A DNA stretch of 64,000 bases. Source: Ylistrum balloti. Lineage: Eukaryota. Positions 1-34,961 of the stretch are shown here, piece after piece; positions within the stretch are counted from its first letter, which is position 1; each line of letters begins with the position of its first letter. The translations under genes were made by a program, and so were the position numbers. Under the pieces are notes generated by a model. It searched no databases. It was not told the origin of the DNA and saw only the letters and a program-made list of their open reading frames with translations. Location of the stretch: the NCBI RefSeq assembly GCF_031769215.1, contig NW_026781977.1:1116001-1180000 (forward strand), written 5' to 3'.

Positions 1-259
1 TTCTGCAATAGTGACAGTAGGTCAAATCTAGCCTCTTCAGTTTCCATCCCTGGAGTTAGGGGAAGACACTTATATGATTGAGAGTTAGATACACCAGTTC
101 TTGCAGAGGTGCATATTTTTTACATAATATATACAGTGAGACAGAATGGTTCTTTTCCTTCCTACACATTTAGAAACTCAACTTCTTTAAAGGTAGGTGT
201 AACATTGACATAAATGCAGATGTATCATAGAAAACTGATAAATGCCTTTTCTTTTGCAG

Positions 260-23805
<23,546 letters not shown>

Positions 23806-23816
23806 GATTAAATTGA

Positions 23817-23854
23817 GGGGGGAGGGGGAAAGGGCATTGAAGGGATAAACGGGG
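23817..23854 (+). other. G-quadruplex consensus motif at the start of the U2SURP 3' UTR
   Basis: G6-A-G5-AAA-G3-CATTGAA-G3-ATAAAC-G4, starting 12 nt after the stop. Confidence 0.55.
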
Positions 23855-25662
23855 AGATTGGCAAGCTCTCATTGTTAATCAAGAGCACTTAACTAATAAA
23901 GTTAGGAAGTTCTTTCATCATTTTCCTCAAGATATACCACAATAATTCATCATGATGATTCGAGCTGAAATATTTCATTATGTATACCATGTGTATTTGG
24001 ATGTAAAGTTTTGCAGCATGCTGTAGATAGAAAATATCAACAAATCTTATAACATTTAAAACAAACGGCGAACTTATTTCTCTATAACTAGACCCACAGC
24101 ACTCAGTTTATCACATCATAATATTTCTCAGAATTATTTCTTTACTATTCATTCTAGAAATCCAAGTTGAATTTGCAAATAAAGAACATTCTATGGTTCA
24201 GGGTTTCTAATTGGTATCACATTGTTAAACATGAGTCTATACCCGTTTTGTTTTCAGATGAACTAGATGATGAGACAATTTCTTTTTATGGTAATATTTT
24301 TGTTCCTTGATTGATTTCTTTCGTTACTTTTGTCATTGAAATATTTTTAGTTAAGTCCTGATAAAATGAAAATAAAATCCAAAAACATTGGATTAGCAGG
24401 TTATGTGTTTATGTGCTCTGTATTTATAAAGATTGGTTTTGGAACAACACAATCTCAATTCAGTTTGATAAGAAATATTTTATTTAAATCTGCCAGGTGA
24501 TGTTTGGTACAATGCTATGATCAATAGCACATATTTTCGAACACATTGGCAATTCTCAGAAAGATTCCTATGACAATATCTGGTACATTGTATAAAACAC
24601 TGATATTTAGGTAGGAAGGAGTCAATATGTAGGAAAAGGTACTTATTCAGGTTGAATAATCATATATTTTTGTGAGGTTCAAATTTCATAGTTTTCCAAA
24701 AACATCCATTTTGGTTGACACTTAATTTCCTTGATTAACCTTACAAAATCCAATTATATAAATCTTGATGGTTTCATGGACATAACATTTCTCAGATATA
24801 GAGTACCCACGAGTTAAACAAAAAAAATCCGTCGTGAAATTAATCATTTTACAGTACAGTGTATGTACTGAAATATCATTACCTTCAAAGTAGGTGAATC
24901 TACTCCTAGAATGTATTCCTAATTTGATGCTTCAGGAATCTTCCTACACTTTGGCTTAGTTTTAACTTATATAACTTGTTAAAATATCCATTCCAAGAAA
25001 TTGATAGCAATGAATAAATGAATGCGCAATTTTGATTTCTGCAGAATAATTTCACTTTGAAGAATAGGCAACTATATTGTATGGTACTGGAGAATTTGTC
25101 CCTATTGCCAAAACTGCTTATAATTCTCTGTCAGAGAACATCTTACCAACAAATCAAACATTCTCGATATTATGAATGTTGATTATAAGGTATCAGATAC
25201 CAGTGTTTTGATTTAGCTTTCAAAATAGATTTATCAATATACCAAACATACAAAAATGAAAACATTCTCCTGATCATGATCAATAATAATTTCTACTGTG
25301 TAATAGGTCAAACTGAATATCTCAAATCATTATTGTCACTTCTTTGTGTAGTAACACAAAGAACCTGAAAACTTTACACAGAAAATAAATCTGTATAGAT
25401 TTTTATCTGAAATATTTGTCTTGTTTTTTGTTGATTTACTGTTGAAAAGATGGCTGTATTTTACCAATCAGGTTTCGTGCCCATTATTAATGAAAGCAGT
25501 TTTTAAATAACCATTTGATAAAGCGAAGAAAATATTACTTTTGTTTGATATCATTTTTTGTCTGTTACAGACTTCCAAAACATTCATGATTTATTATGTT
25601 TGAAAGAATGTTTCACATATTTTTTAGTTACAACAATGAATCATGATTGTTTCAATTTGCCC

Positions 25663-26314
25663 TTAAAACAGGTCACATGGCAAACTTTTTATGTCCTTTT
25701 GAGTGTTAAGTCTCAGGCGTGCATCTATATTTCCTGCTTGATAAACACCAAACACTGGCCAAAGGTCCTGCTGATCGTCTACATCTGTAAAAGTGTATAT
25801 CCTTTTTGTAATGTCAAGGTCAAACACAGCGATGGTCCTAGCCACTCTGTTCATGTAGAATCCAAGTTTCAAATTTTTTTCTGTCCCAGAAGTAGAGTCA
25901 CTGAGAACTTTCCTGAACATGATGGAGCCACCATTACATTTGAAGAAGAGGACAACACCATCAGTACCAGAATTATGTGCATTAACCGACCAGGCCCCAC
26001 TTTGCCGACCGACATAGTGACCTTTACTGATTGCATTTTCTGTTGCAAAGGCTACCTCAAAAACCAGATTGGCTGCAGATAAGTCACTTTCTATTTGGTA
26101 GGAGATATCAGTCTCAAAGTAGACTATTTCTGTGCTTGTAAACACTGTGGAACCTCGTGCTCCCTCATACATTTGGGTTTGATAAGGTTCTGTTGGCAAG
26201 TTGTAGGATATGTCCAGTTGTAGGATATGTCCAGATGTCTATTGGACATGGTAAGTTTATCACTGGACAGATACCGTGTATACAGAGTACCTGGATCCAT
26301 GAAGAAGCGGGGAC
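25663..26314 (-). CDS. Coding exon 2, PRY/SPRY (B30.2) domain, frameshifted
   Basis: The provided ORF 26199-25663 covers the SPRY part; the PRY part lies upstream in another frame, across the 17-bp duplication. Confidence 0.8.
26201..26234. repeat. Perfect 17-bp tandem duplication TTGTAGGATATGTCCAG x2
   Basis: 26201-26217 and 26218-26234 are identical. Confidence 0.98.
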
Positions 26315-26411
26315 CTAGACAAAATAAAGTTATTGTTTTTAAATATAATAAAGATTAACATTTCCCTGGTAAATATATGTCTTGCACATCTGACCTGGCG
26401 AGGGCAACTGG

Positions 26412-27116
26412 TTTTTAGCTCACCTGGCCATGTCCGTCATCCGTCCGTCAGCGTCTGTCAACTTTTCATTTAAACAACTTCTTCTGAAATACCAAAAGGC
26501 GTAGAGTTATCATATTTGGCTGGAAGGTTCCTTTGATGAAGTCAAACAGAGTTTGCAAAAACAGAAATGACCTTGACCCATATTCAAGGTCACAGAGGTA
26601 AAATGTCTTAAAACCTTTAAACAACTTCTTCCAAAATACCAGAAGGCCTAGAATCATTATATTTGGCTGGAAGGTTCCTTTGATGAAGCCCAACAAAGTT
26701 TGCAAAAAAAAAAAAAAAAAAACTTAACCCATATTCAAGGTCACAGAGGTCAAATGTATTAAAAAATTTTTAGGGACTTTCAAAATACCGGAGGGCCTAG
26801 AATCATTATATTAGGGTAATATGTTCCTCTTATGGTGTCCTACAAAGTTTGCTTAAAGAAATGACCTTAACCAATCTTCAAGGTCACAGGAGTAAAATGT
26901 GTTAAAACGTTTAAACAATTTCTTCTGAAATATCGAAAAGCCTAGAATCATTATATTTGGCCAGTTTGTTCCTTTCATGAAGTCCAAGAAAGTAAAGAAA
27001 TGACCTTGACCCATGGTCAAGGTCACATGTGTCAAATGTGTTAAACGTGGAACATTTGCACAGACATAGTAATGTTGGTCATAAAGATCCAGGTGAGCGA
27101 TACCGGGCCTCTTGTT
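26412..27116 (+). mobile_element. Helentron/HINE-like element with sub-terminal inverted repeats and ~4 internal ~147-bp satellite-like units
   Basis: GCTCACCTGG (26418-26427) and CCAGGTGAGC (27089-27098), a (GTCC/GTCT)-like microsatellite after the 5' end, T-rich flanks, internal period ~147 bp. Confidence 0.8.
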
Positions 27117-27331
27117 TCTGGTAAAACGGAGACCTAGCCCTTCCATGAGTCCACTTGGAGGGATCAAACTTTACGACAGTTGATATTGAAACTGAACATT
27201 TTGTTATGTTGTTCCACATGGTTGTATCTTTAATAATGCACATATGAGTTACTTCAGGAAGTCAGGAATAAAGATTGTGCAAACTATGCTCTTAGTGTTC
27301 CCTAACTCACTGGGCCTGGGGAAGGTTCAAA

Positions 27332-28110
27332 TTTTTAGGTCATCTGACCCGAAGGGTCTTGATGACCTATAGTCATCCTGTTTTACCGGTTGTCCTGCTC
27401 TGTGACTCGTGTAAACGTTCCATTCAGATCACTTCTTCTCAACCAATAGGCCCAGGTGGTGATCTTTTTGCCTATGGCATAATGGAATGAAGGGCTACCA
27501 CAATTTTTGGAAATATGAATGTTCCTGACCCACTTTAAAGGTCACAGGGGTCAAATATTTTAAAATCTTTAAACAACTTCTCAATAAGAAGATGACCCAG
27601 GTTGCTGATATTATGTATAGCATGCTAGGAGGAAGTTTTTTTTCCAATATGAATTACCCTTGACCAATTTTCAATGTCACAGGGGATGAATGTGTAAAAA
27701 TCTTGAAACGACTTCTTTTCTAAAACAAAATGCCAAGAGTGCAGATATTTGGCCAGTAGCTTTTTGATTAAAAGGGCTACCAAGTATTTTCACATTACTG
27801 ACTTTGACCAATTTTAAGGTCCTAAAGGCTTCAGATGCTTATCTTGGGCATAGTGCATGCTTGGACGAAGAGTTACCAATTTTGTTCACGTGATAGACAT
27901 TTTCTCTTTTTAAAGATCACGGGGGTCGAATGTGTTAAAATCTTTTTCTCAGTAATGAAATGGTCCAGGCTGTTGATATTTGTACGTTAACATAAGTGGA
28001 TGAAGAGCTACCAAGTTCATTCAAATAATTGACCTCGACCTATATTCAAGGTCTCTTGGGTCAAATGAGTTGAGATCTTAAAATGTCTTTTTCAACGAGC
28101 AATAGGCTCG
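27332..28110 (+). mobile_element. Related Helentron/HINE-like element with ~145-bp degenerate internal repeats (end approximate)
   Basis: Begins tttttaggtcatctgacc; recurring aacaacttcttctc..gatatttggcc..caaggtcacaggggtcaaa units. Confidence 0.65.
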
Positions 28111-28610
28111 AAGTAATGACAGTTTTTTTTATTTATATTAAGAATATGATTTAAAGAATGCAGAAAATGTTTTTAATGAATCAACAATGTCTCCTTTGTA
28201 AGCTGTAGAGTAGTTGAGAAACTGTTCAGTCCCTATTTGGCCCATTGCATATATATAGTCAGATGTTAATAATTTATAGGGAAGTCTTCCTTAACCACCC
28301 CGGACAAAATTCGTTCATACTTAATTTTAGCCTTAGCAAGTCAGAATTCCTAGTAGTAAAATGAGGGTCATTACCTCCAAAGGGCACTGGTTTATGGGGC
28401 CAAAAAGTACATTTTATTTAACAATCTTTCTTTGTTGTTTTAGAAACGTCTGAGCTAAATAGTCTAAATATTTTAGTGGGCAAGCAATAAATGTTTTTAT
28501 TTTTCAAGGTTTTAGAGATTAATAAGACTAGTTGTTAAACTCTTGTCACCTAACTGTTAAATGTACGTGTGATACCCGTGTGTTTCTTGTTATGATAAAA
28601 GATTTGCCCG

Positions 28611-28860
28611 TTATTAGCTCACCTGGTACGAAAGACTTGTTAGCTTATGCCATAGCACACCATCCATCGTCTGTCTGGCGTCCGTCAACTTTTTACTACA
28701 AATCGCTACTCCTGTGGGAATAGATGGAAACTGCCAAAATTTGGCCTCAACTATTCTGTGGCGAAGGAGAATTATTTGGTATAAATATAAGGTTTCGGCC
28801 ACCTCCTGGGGCGAGAGGGACAGGGCCTACTAGTGGCAAATAGAGTTAATTCTTTAAAAA
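28611..28860 (+). mobile_element. Helentron/HINE-like 5' fragment
   Basis: ttattagctcacctgg start followed by a cgtctgtctggcgtccgtc microsatellite-like segment. Confidence 0.6.
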
Positions 28861-29848
28861 TTCTATTTCTGTAGTTGGAATAATTTCACTTACACTCGAG
28901 TCCGTTGATTACACATCTCGGCGAGGGGCAGCCATTCGTCATCACTATATAAAACATGTCAAAATGCACACATTAAAATGAAAATATGACTCGGCGGAAC
29001 TCGCATAGATCGATGGAAAACGCAACTAATTTCATGAGCGAAATTACGAGGAAGTAGGCTCTGCACACTTAAAGATAAGTTTATTTCAGGTTCATGACTT
29101 ATATGGAAGGCTCAAAAAAGAAAAAAAATTATACAAAATATTGAAATATTAAAAATATTACAGTCATTTTACATAGACCTCTTGCAAATGTACCTCATGT
29201 ATACAATTTGGAAATTATGTGATTGCAGTTCCAGTTCCGTTCCAGTTAGTAACAGTGATAACTCACAAAAATATTACAATAATGCGAACTTGTCACTGCC
29301 ATTGAAACGCAAATTAACAGTGCTTCGGCAACCTAAAATAAATTGAACGGTGCACAGATCTGATTTCTTTATGACTTGATGACAATGACATGAACTATTC
29401 TCTTTCTACTGATGATAAATGTATTTTTCATATCTACCATGTTTGTGTTCGGTACGAGACTGACGTCTGTGGTATTATACCATCCCTTGTTCCAACCCAC
29501 AGGGATCTTGTCAAAAACCTGACAAATCTCTGAAGTTAATTGTGAGGTCGTATTTCTGATTGACAATATAAAATAAATATTTTACCATTTTTCTGCTTTT
29601 CCATATTGTATTTAGGAGGAGAAAGCTCATAATATTTCTAAATATAAATTGCAATGTAAAGATGAAGTCTCAAATAAGTCCGTATGTTTTGCTTTCCACA
29701 CACTTCAACTGTAACGTAAATGAACCGATAGTGACCCCTGACCTCATTAAACATAACCACGAAGAGTAATAAAGAAGATATGAAAACGTGAGTAAATGAA
29801 TGCACGGCCTAAGGAAGACTGTAAAGGTCTCAATTCATATATTATAAA

Positions 29849-30123
29849 CCTAGGAGGCGACTGAGGAAAATTTTAAGTAATCGAAACAAATGGCACAATC
29901 TAATTGAGGATATGCACTAGCCCTGCAATTAAGTAAATTTCGTAAATTCCATACATGTGATAATTTTAGAAGCAAAAGTTCAAATTTTTATCCGGAACTG
30001 TGCAAATACTCTAATGAAATAAAACATGACAGACAGGCTGGTAAACCCCGCGGACTAATAGTCCAGCAGTGGTGTCTATCAGGTGAAATCTCGAAGATTC
30101 TACAAAAGGCGAACAAGTGAATA
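29849..30123. mobile_element. Truncated homolog of the hammerhead-bearing unit at 37108-37521
   Basis: Shares CCTAGGAGGCGACT and ACAAGTGAATA anchors at near-identical spacing (264 vs 267 bp), plus intermediate similarity. Confidence 0.6.
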
Positions 30124-30275
30124 CCATCTGTTATTGCAACTATGGGGGAAAATTACTCAGTTCGTAAGATAAATTCTTCAGATGGTGATACTTATATCAC
30201 ACTTAATACATACAAATGGAGTTTTGCTAAAACAGTATACGCTGTCCCGTTCTCTCAATACCAGATATGTCTTAC

Positions 30276-30522
30276 CTGATGCGGGATTTTCTACATTCAT
30301 GGAGTCTAATTCTGAAAGGATCCGCCTGTTTTCCATCTCCAGGTGTTCCACTCTTGCTTCAAGAACTTTTATCGTGTCCAGTACTGCATGCCTCACTCGC
30401 TCTAACACGGCCTGCTCCAGGAAAACAGCATTCTTTTCTTTTCCAATTAGTTGAGAATGCCCAGTTGATTTCAAACAGATTAAAATCTGAATGATCAGAA
30501 CCAAACTATCGTTGTTTATCAT
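30276..30522 (-). CDS. Coding exon 1 of secreted coiled-coil/B30.2 gene (signal peptide + coiled coil)
   Basis: ATG at 30522 in aaaATG context; hydrophobic stretch followed by GHS-QL; gtaag donor at 30275; an upstream acceptor at 30601-30600 implies a further 5' UTR exon. Confidence 0.7.
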
Positions 30523-30767
30523 TTTTAAACTGTATGATGGGTCATGTACACCGCTGTTGTATCTACAAAACTTGATTGAGTGTCCTAAGTGGACACGTCC
30601 TGTGATACACAAAACACAACGAGTGACAGTATATTAAACTTAGCAGCTAAATTCAGCTATGATGAACAGGAAGTTTGTCGTTAGATAATCACGATTGCAT
30701 TATACTAATAATAAACTTTATTTATTTTACAACAATTGCGAAACAAGATTTTCCAACTTATATTTAT

Positions 30768-30882
30768 CCCCGTGAAAATCCACATGGTCGGCAGGTGACC
30801 CCATACCTTTTCACATCCCGGAAATCGAACCGCGGACGGTGAGGTGAAAGGCGAGTGCGTTACCACTGCGCCATCCGACCAC
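30768..30882 (-). mobile_element. tRNA-derived SINE fragment
   Basis: Minus strand has A box TGGCGCAGTGG, B box GGTTCGATTTCC, then a non-tRNA body (tgtgaaaaggtatggggtcacctgccgaccatgtgg); homologous to 55735-55872. Confidence 0.75.
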
Positions 30883-30949
30883 TATGATTATAAATACTAC
30901 AAAAGCTACACATCGTTGATAAGGATACTGTAAATGAAAACAACTTTAT

Positions 30950-31238
30950 TGGACACAAAATTCAATCAAAGGGCAATAACTCTATAAGTAAGAAGTTGCA
31001 GGCCCTGAATTTGGTATAATGCACTTTCTCTTAGTATGACCAGTGTATACACCAAGTTTCAAGTACTCCTAAATTATGCAAACTAGATTTATGTTCCTTG
31101 TACACTACACTTCTCCTTATCGAGATCTATGAAGTTTCATGTTGATATCTCTTATAGTTTTTGTGATATGCTCCGGTCAAAATTAGGACGGGTGGACAAC
31201 GCGGCGACTATATGCTCTCCCTTCGGGCAGCATAAAAA
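30950..31238 (-). mobile_element. Helitron/Helentron-like non-autonomous fragment (approximate)
   Basis: Minus strand begins tttttatgctgcccgaagggagagcatatagtcgcc, a terminus of the same style as the other elements here. Confidence 0.45.
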
Positions 31239-31342
31239 CTGATCCGAATCAAATCTGCATCTGACAGATCGGCATTCTTGATATGTCAATATAAGATATA
31301 CAGATCTCGACCTTTACACAAGCCAAAATGAAATAAATTAAT

Positions 31343-31610
31343 TTGACCTTCACCAATATCGGCGTGACATTCACTGAAATCGATATGACCTTCACTGAAG
31401 TCAATGTGATCTTAAGTGAAGGCAATGTGATCCTTCACCAAAATCGATGTGATTTTCACTTAAAGTTGACTTTCACCAAAGTTGACCTGACCTTCACTGA
31501 AATCAATATGACCTTCAATGAAGTCGATGTGACCTCTATAAAAGTTGGTGTCAACTTAACAACCAAAGTTTACGTGACGTTTACCAATGTCGATGTGACC
31601 TTTACATAAA
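31343..31610 (+). repeat. Degenerate 21-bp minisatellite (TGACCTTCACTGAAATCGATG-like), ~13 units
   Basis: Visible periodic tgacct/ttcac..aat..g pattern; gives the repetitive TFTE ORF. Confidence 0.85.
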
Positions 31611-31924
31611 TCACTGGAGGGCCAGAAGTAAATAGCATCTCCGACTAAGTGTAAGTCTAACTGCTTTTGCGCATTGGGTCAAAAACAAGGTCAAAAGACA
31701 CTAAAAAGGCACAGTCTCAGGTTCAAGGTCATCAGGTCAATGGCGAAGCTAAATAGAATGTTTCCATGACGGAAATTATTGCATAATAACGTTATGGTTC
31801 GATACTAAGAGTCGATTTTAGCACATGCAAGGTCAAATTAAAAAAAAGGTTGACTTTTATATAAATGATACGATATCACAGGGAATGATACACAATGTCA
31901 TTTTTATACAGTCCATGTTATAAA

Positions 31925-32100
31925 GTCCCCACAGTCAGTGTAATAATTATTACAATAGTGATAGTAGTAACAATACAGTCCCTGCCGTCAGTGTAATAAT
32001 TATTACAATATTACAATATTGATAACAGTTACAATACAGTCACCACAGTCAGTGTAATAATTATTACAATATTACAATATTGATAACAGTTACAATGCAT
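31925..32100 (+). repeat. Three ~60-bp degenerate tandem units (cacagtcagtgtaataattattacaata..)
   Basis: gtcagtgtaataattattacaata recurs at ~31936, ~31987 and ~32048. Confidence 0.8.
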
Positions 32101-32599
32101 TCCTTACTGTTAAATAATATTACATATACGGTAATAATAAACTACTAATAATGAGACAATTATGTAAGGCCTGTTACCTTGGAAACTAATAGGCCAAATT
32201 ATAGATTTCCGTTTTTCTAGACCAGATCTCTGAAACTGTTAAATTAATATAACTAGTCACAACTTTTTACAGCTGTCAATTATTCCATTTAAATACTTCT
32301 GTTTCCATGGAAGCAGAAAGGTCAAGTGGCAAATTTCAGTTGTATGGAGCATGATTCCAAAACCATTCAAGATAACTACTTAAAACTTTATATAACTATG
32401 AAGCTAGCATTCTGGATATGCCTTTGCTATTGAGGAATTCTAATTTTCCTATATTTTCCCCCCTCTCCTCTCCAGTTACCAATGAAACAGGCAAAACTGC
32501 AAAGATGGGGTTCCAGCTAATGTTAAATTTCCCATAGAAACCACCCACACCTGGAATTCTTTCAAACTTTGCATGTTTGTAGTACTTTAAATGCCAATA

Positions 32600-33170
32600 C
32601 AAAATATACACTTGAATTCCTCAAATACTTGAGTATCATACTGGATTCTGAGAGGATGAAAGCATGCCTCCCAGGTGACAAAGTGCAAGGGATTTGTGAC
32701 GTTATCAGTGACCTACAGGAGAAATTGGTTTGTACTAAAAAACAGTTGTTACAGTTGATAGGTCATCTCAACTTCACATCATGTATTATCAAACAACGAC
32801 CATCAATGGTCTCCTGGCTGCTTCATTTACATGTATCTACACCTGTCTAAGGTTTAAAAATAAATACAACGTTGTACACCCTATGATAGAATGCTGAACT
32901 GTTCTGAGATTTTGGTGGTCGTTTCTAAAACAATTGAACAACATGACTTTATTTTATAACTGGAATCTTATCTAAAACATCGCACTTGAGTTCTATATAT
33001 TGGTGCTTCATCCACTATCGTGTTTACAAAGTTGTAATCATATCCCGGGTATATGTGGATATGACTGGTGCAGATATAATGGCCATGTTTTTAAGATTTC
33101 TGCAGCTACTAGTGCAGGCCTCTATGGCATAGAGGTCAACTTTATATAAACCCACGGGAGCCCTGACAAT
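32600..33170 (+). mobile_element. Degenerate DIRS/Ngaro-type (tyrosine-recombinase retrotransposon) RT-thumb/RNase H remnant
   Basis: YLSIILDSERMKACLPGDK..CTKKQLLQLIGHLNF, then across stops and frameshifts ECxTVLRFWWSFLKQLN..LEFY/IGASSTIVF. This parallels the recalled DIRS motifs FLGIxLDS..MEARLPxDK..CTKRELLSLIGHLNF..WWLxFL..WNG..LYTDASSTIGF. Confidence 0.72.
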
Positions 33171-34961
33171 CATTGTCAGTACACCAGGACTCAGAAATAG
33201 AGCATCGTGTAAAGTCTAAGGAAAATGTGTTAGTTTCACAAATAGCTGTGTCTGATTTAACTGATAATTATGTAGGCCTTAGAAGTATACTCATATACAG
33301 AGATCTACAACATGAAAATCTGTCGTCCTTTGTGAACTCACAGGACCTTTCCTTTGAGTGGAGATGTGACAGGCAAATGGTTTTCTCTACCTTTATATAT
33401 TTTTACACCTGTAGTTTGAGTATTTACTGTATAACATTCTGAACCCTATATTTTGCTCAAATAAATCCACATTCTCTTTTATTTCTTACCGTTGATTATT
33501 GTTAGAGTTAGTATTTAGATATATAGTTACTCTTTAGTTAAGAGATGTAACTCCCATATCTATTTGTTTGAAAACAAATATATAAACTTTTAGATTAAAT
33601 ATTTCCAAAATATCTGTGTGTTCAGTGAATTGACTCTACGTCAAAACATGTGTTGGTGACAAGTTTTGTACCATCTATTTCATAAATTCTTATTGCTAAA
33701 ACGTTAGTCTTCTTTTATCAAATTTGTATTTGTTTATTGCTATACAGATTTTAAACATTTCCAAAACGTGGCTACTTTAATGCTAATGGTGCAAAAGTTT
33801 GATATTTGATGAAAGTATCTCCAGTTTACAAAAATATATGTGTATAATAAAGCTTGTTGGAAACAATACACATACTTGGTACATGTATTATTATAAAATG
33901 CTGATTACATCTAAAATGATGTTCTCTGAAACGTTCTAAAACACGCAAAGAAGTCATCATATTCTTTTTGCTGTATCATCCACCAAAAGCAAATGTTATT
34001 GAAGATTAAATATAGAACAGTTGAAGTGGTTTTGCATTAGGGCGGAAGAGACTGAAAAACATAACAAATTAATCCTCCAAATAGTTATAACTTATCTTTG
34101 TTGAAAGATTTTGAGGCTCACCTATTTAGATGCTGGTAGGAATGTAATACACAGCTTCCTTTTTATATGTGAATACTTCTAACACTGTTGAATTGGCCTA
34201 TTATCAGGTATGGTCATTTCCATATCAATTACAGCATTAAACAAGACTCAGTTATATTTGCTAATTATTACATGTATGTTATGTCATATGCATATAAAAT
34301 GTTGTTAGTTTCAAGTGAGTGTAGATTCTAAAGATCTTTTTTTAATTTTCTCTTTTAAGAATGTTTAACATCATTTCTGTAACTGTACACTACCTAACAT
34401 GTTCATAATGCTAGAAAATTATTTCCCCATATTTAATTTTTTCTGAAATTACCTGCGTGTACAGAGGATACATATAACCAATGTTTTGAAATGATTTTAA
34501 ATGGTGAACAAATGTCATTGGTATATGTCCCAAATGTAGTCAATAGGTGTCTTTGTTGCACTTAAAGATATACATGTATGTAGTATAAAAACAAACCACA
34601 GGCCCTATAAACCTTTTAAATTTCACAACAGAAAAAGGAATCACATGTTCAGATATTTTTTATTTTACTCTAAAAAACTGCAAAAATATATATGTATATG
34701 AAAAAACCCGAGAGTGTAGGTATTCTTCGTAACCCCATGGTTGACTGTTTCTGAAGTAAAATATCAAAACCATTCTGATAACTACCAGAAACTTTATACA
34801 TTTATCATCCTGTTCCTATAGAGGTGCCATTGCGATGTAGGAGTTCTCTTTATTTTTCTTGCTTTCTTGGAAACAATTATTAAAATCATATAGGCAAAAT
34901 AAATTACAAATTCCGTGGTTTCCGGAACATGGCAACAAAATTGCTAAAGAACAAGTCAACA

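Larger units (their letters stand above)
25663..30522 (-). pseudogene. Signal peptide + coiled coil + PRY/SPRY (B30.2) protein gene; frameshifted in this sequence by a 17-bp duplication
   Basis: Exon 30522-30276 (MINNDSLVLIIQILICLKSTGHS-QL.., heptad-like LEARVEHLEMENRRILSEL, gtaag donor, phase 1) joins exon 26314-25663 (tctag acceptor, phase 1). PRY-like FFMDPGTLY..YLSSDKLTMSN; SPRY-like YFETDI..FEVAFA..VGRQSGAWS..LGFYMN..IAVFD..IYTFTD..LWPVFG. Removing one 17-bp copy gives a 293-aa ORF; as written, TAG at 26126-26124 truncates it. Confidence 0.75.

Noticed and set aside
24258-24290. Possible alternative last exon of U2SURP after ttttcag
   Set aside because: It would give an immediate TGA and drop the conserved RS tail; an isolated AG in a U-rich UTR is expected by chance.
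25558-26082. 174-aa + strand ORF
   Set aside because: It is the antisense shadow of the SPRY exon and has no recognisable motifs.
29369-29566. Possible middle exon of the B30.2 gene (..DVSLVPNT.. resembles a PRY start)
   Set aside because: No convincing phase-1 donor. Exon 1 already splices in phase to 26314, which supplies a better PRY motif (MDPGT..LSSD).
30768-30882. tRNA gene
   Set aside because: A and B boxes are present, but the acceptor stem does not close and the sequence runs into a body shared with 55735-55872, so it is called a SINE.
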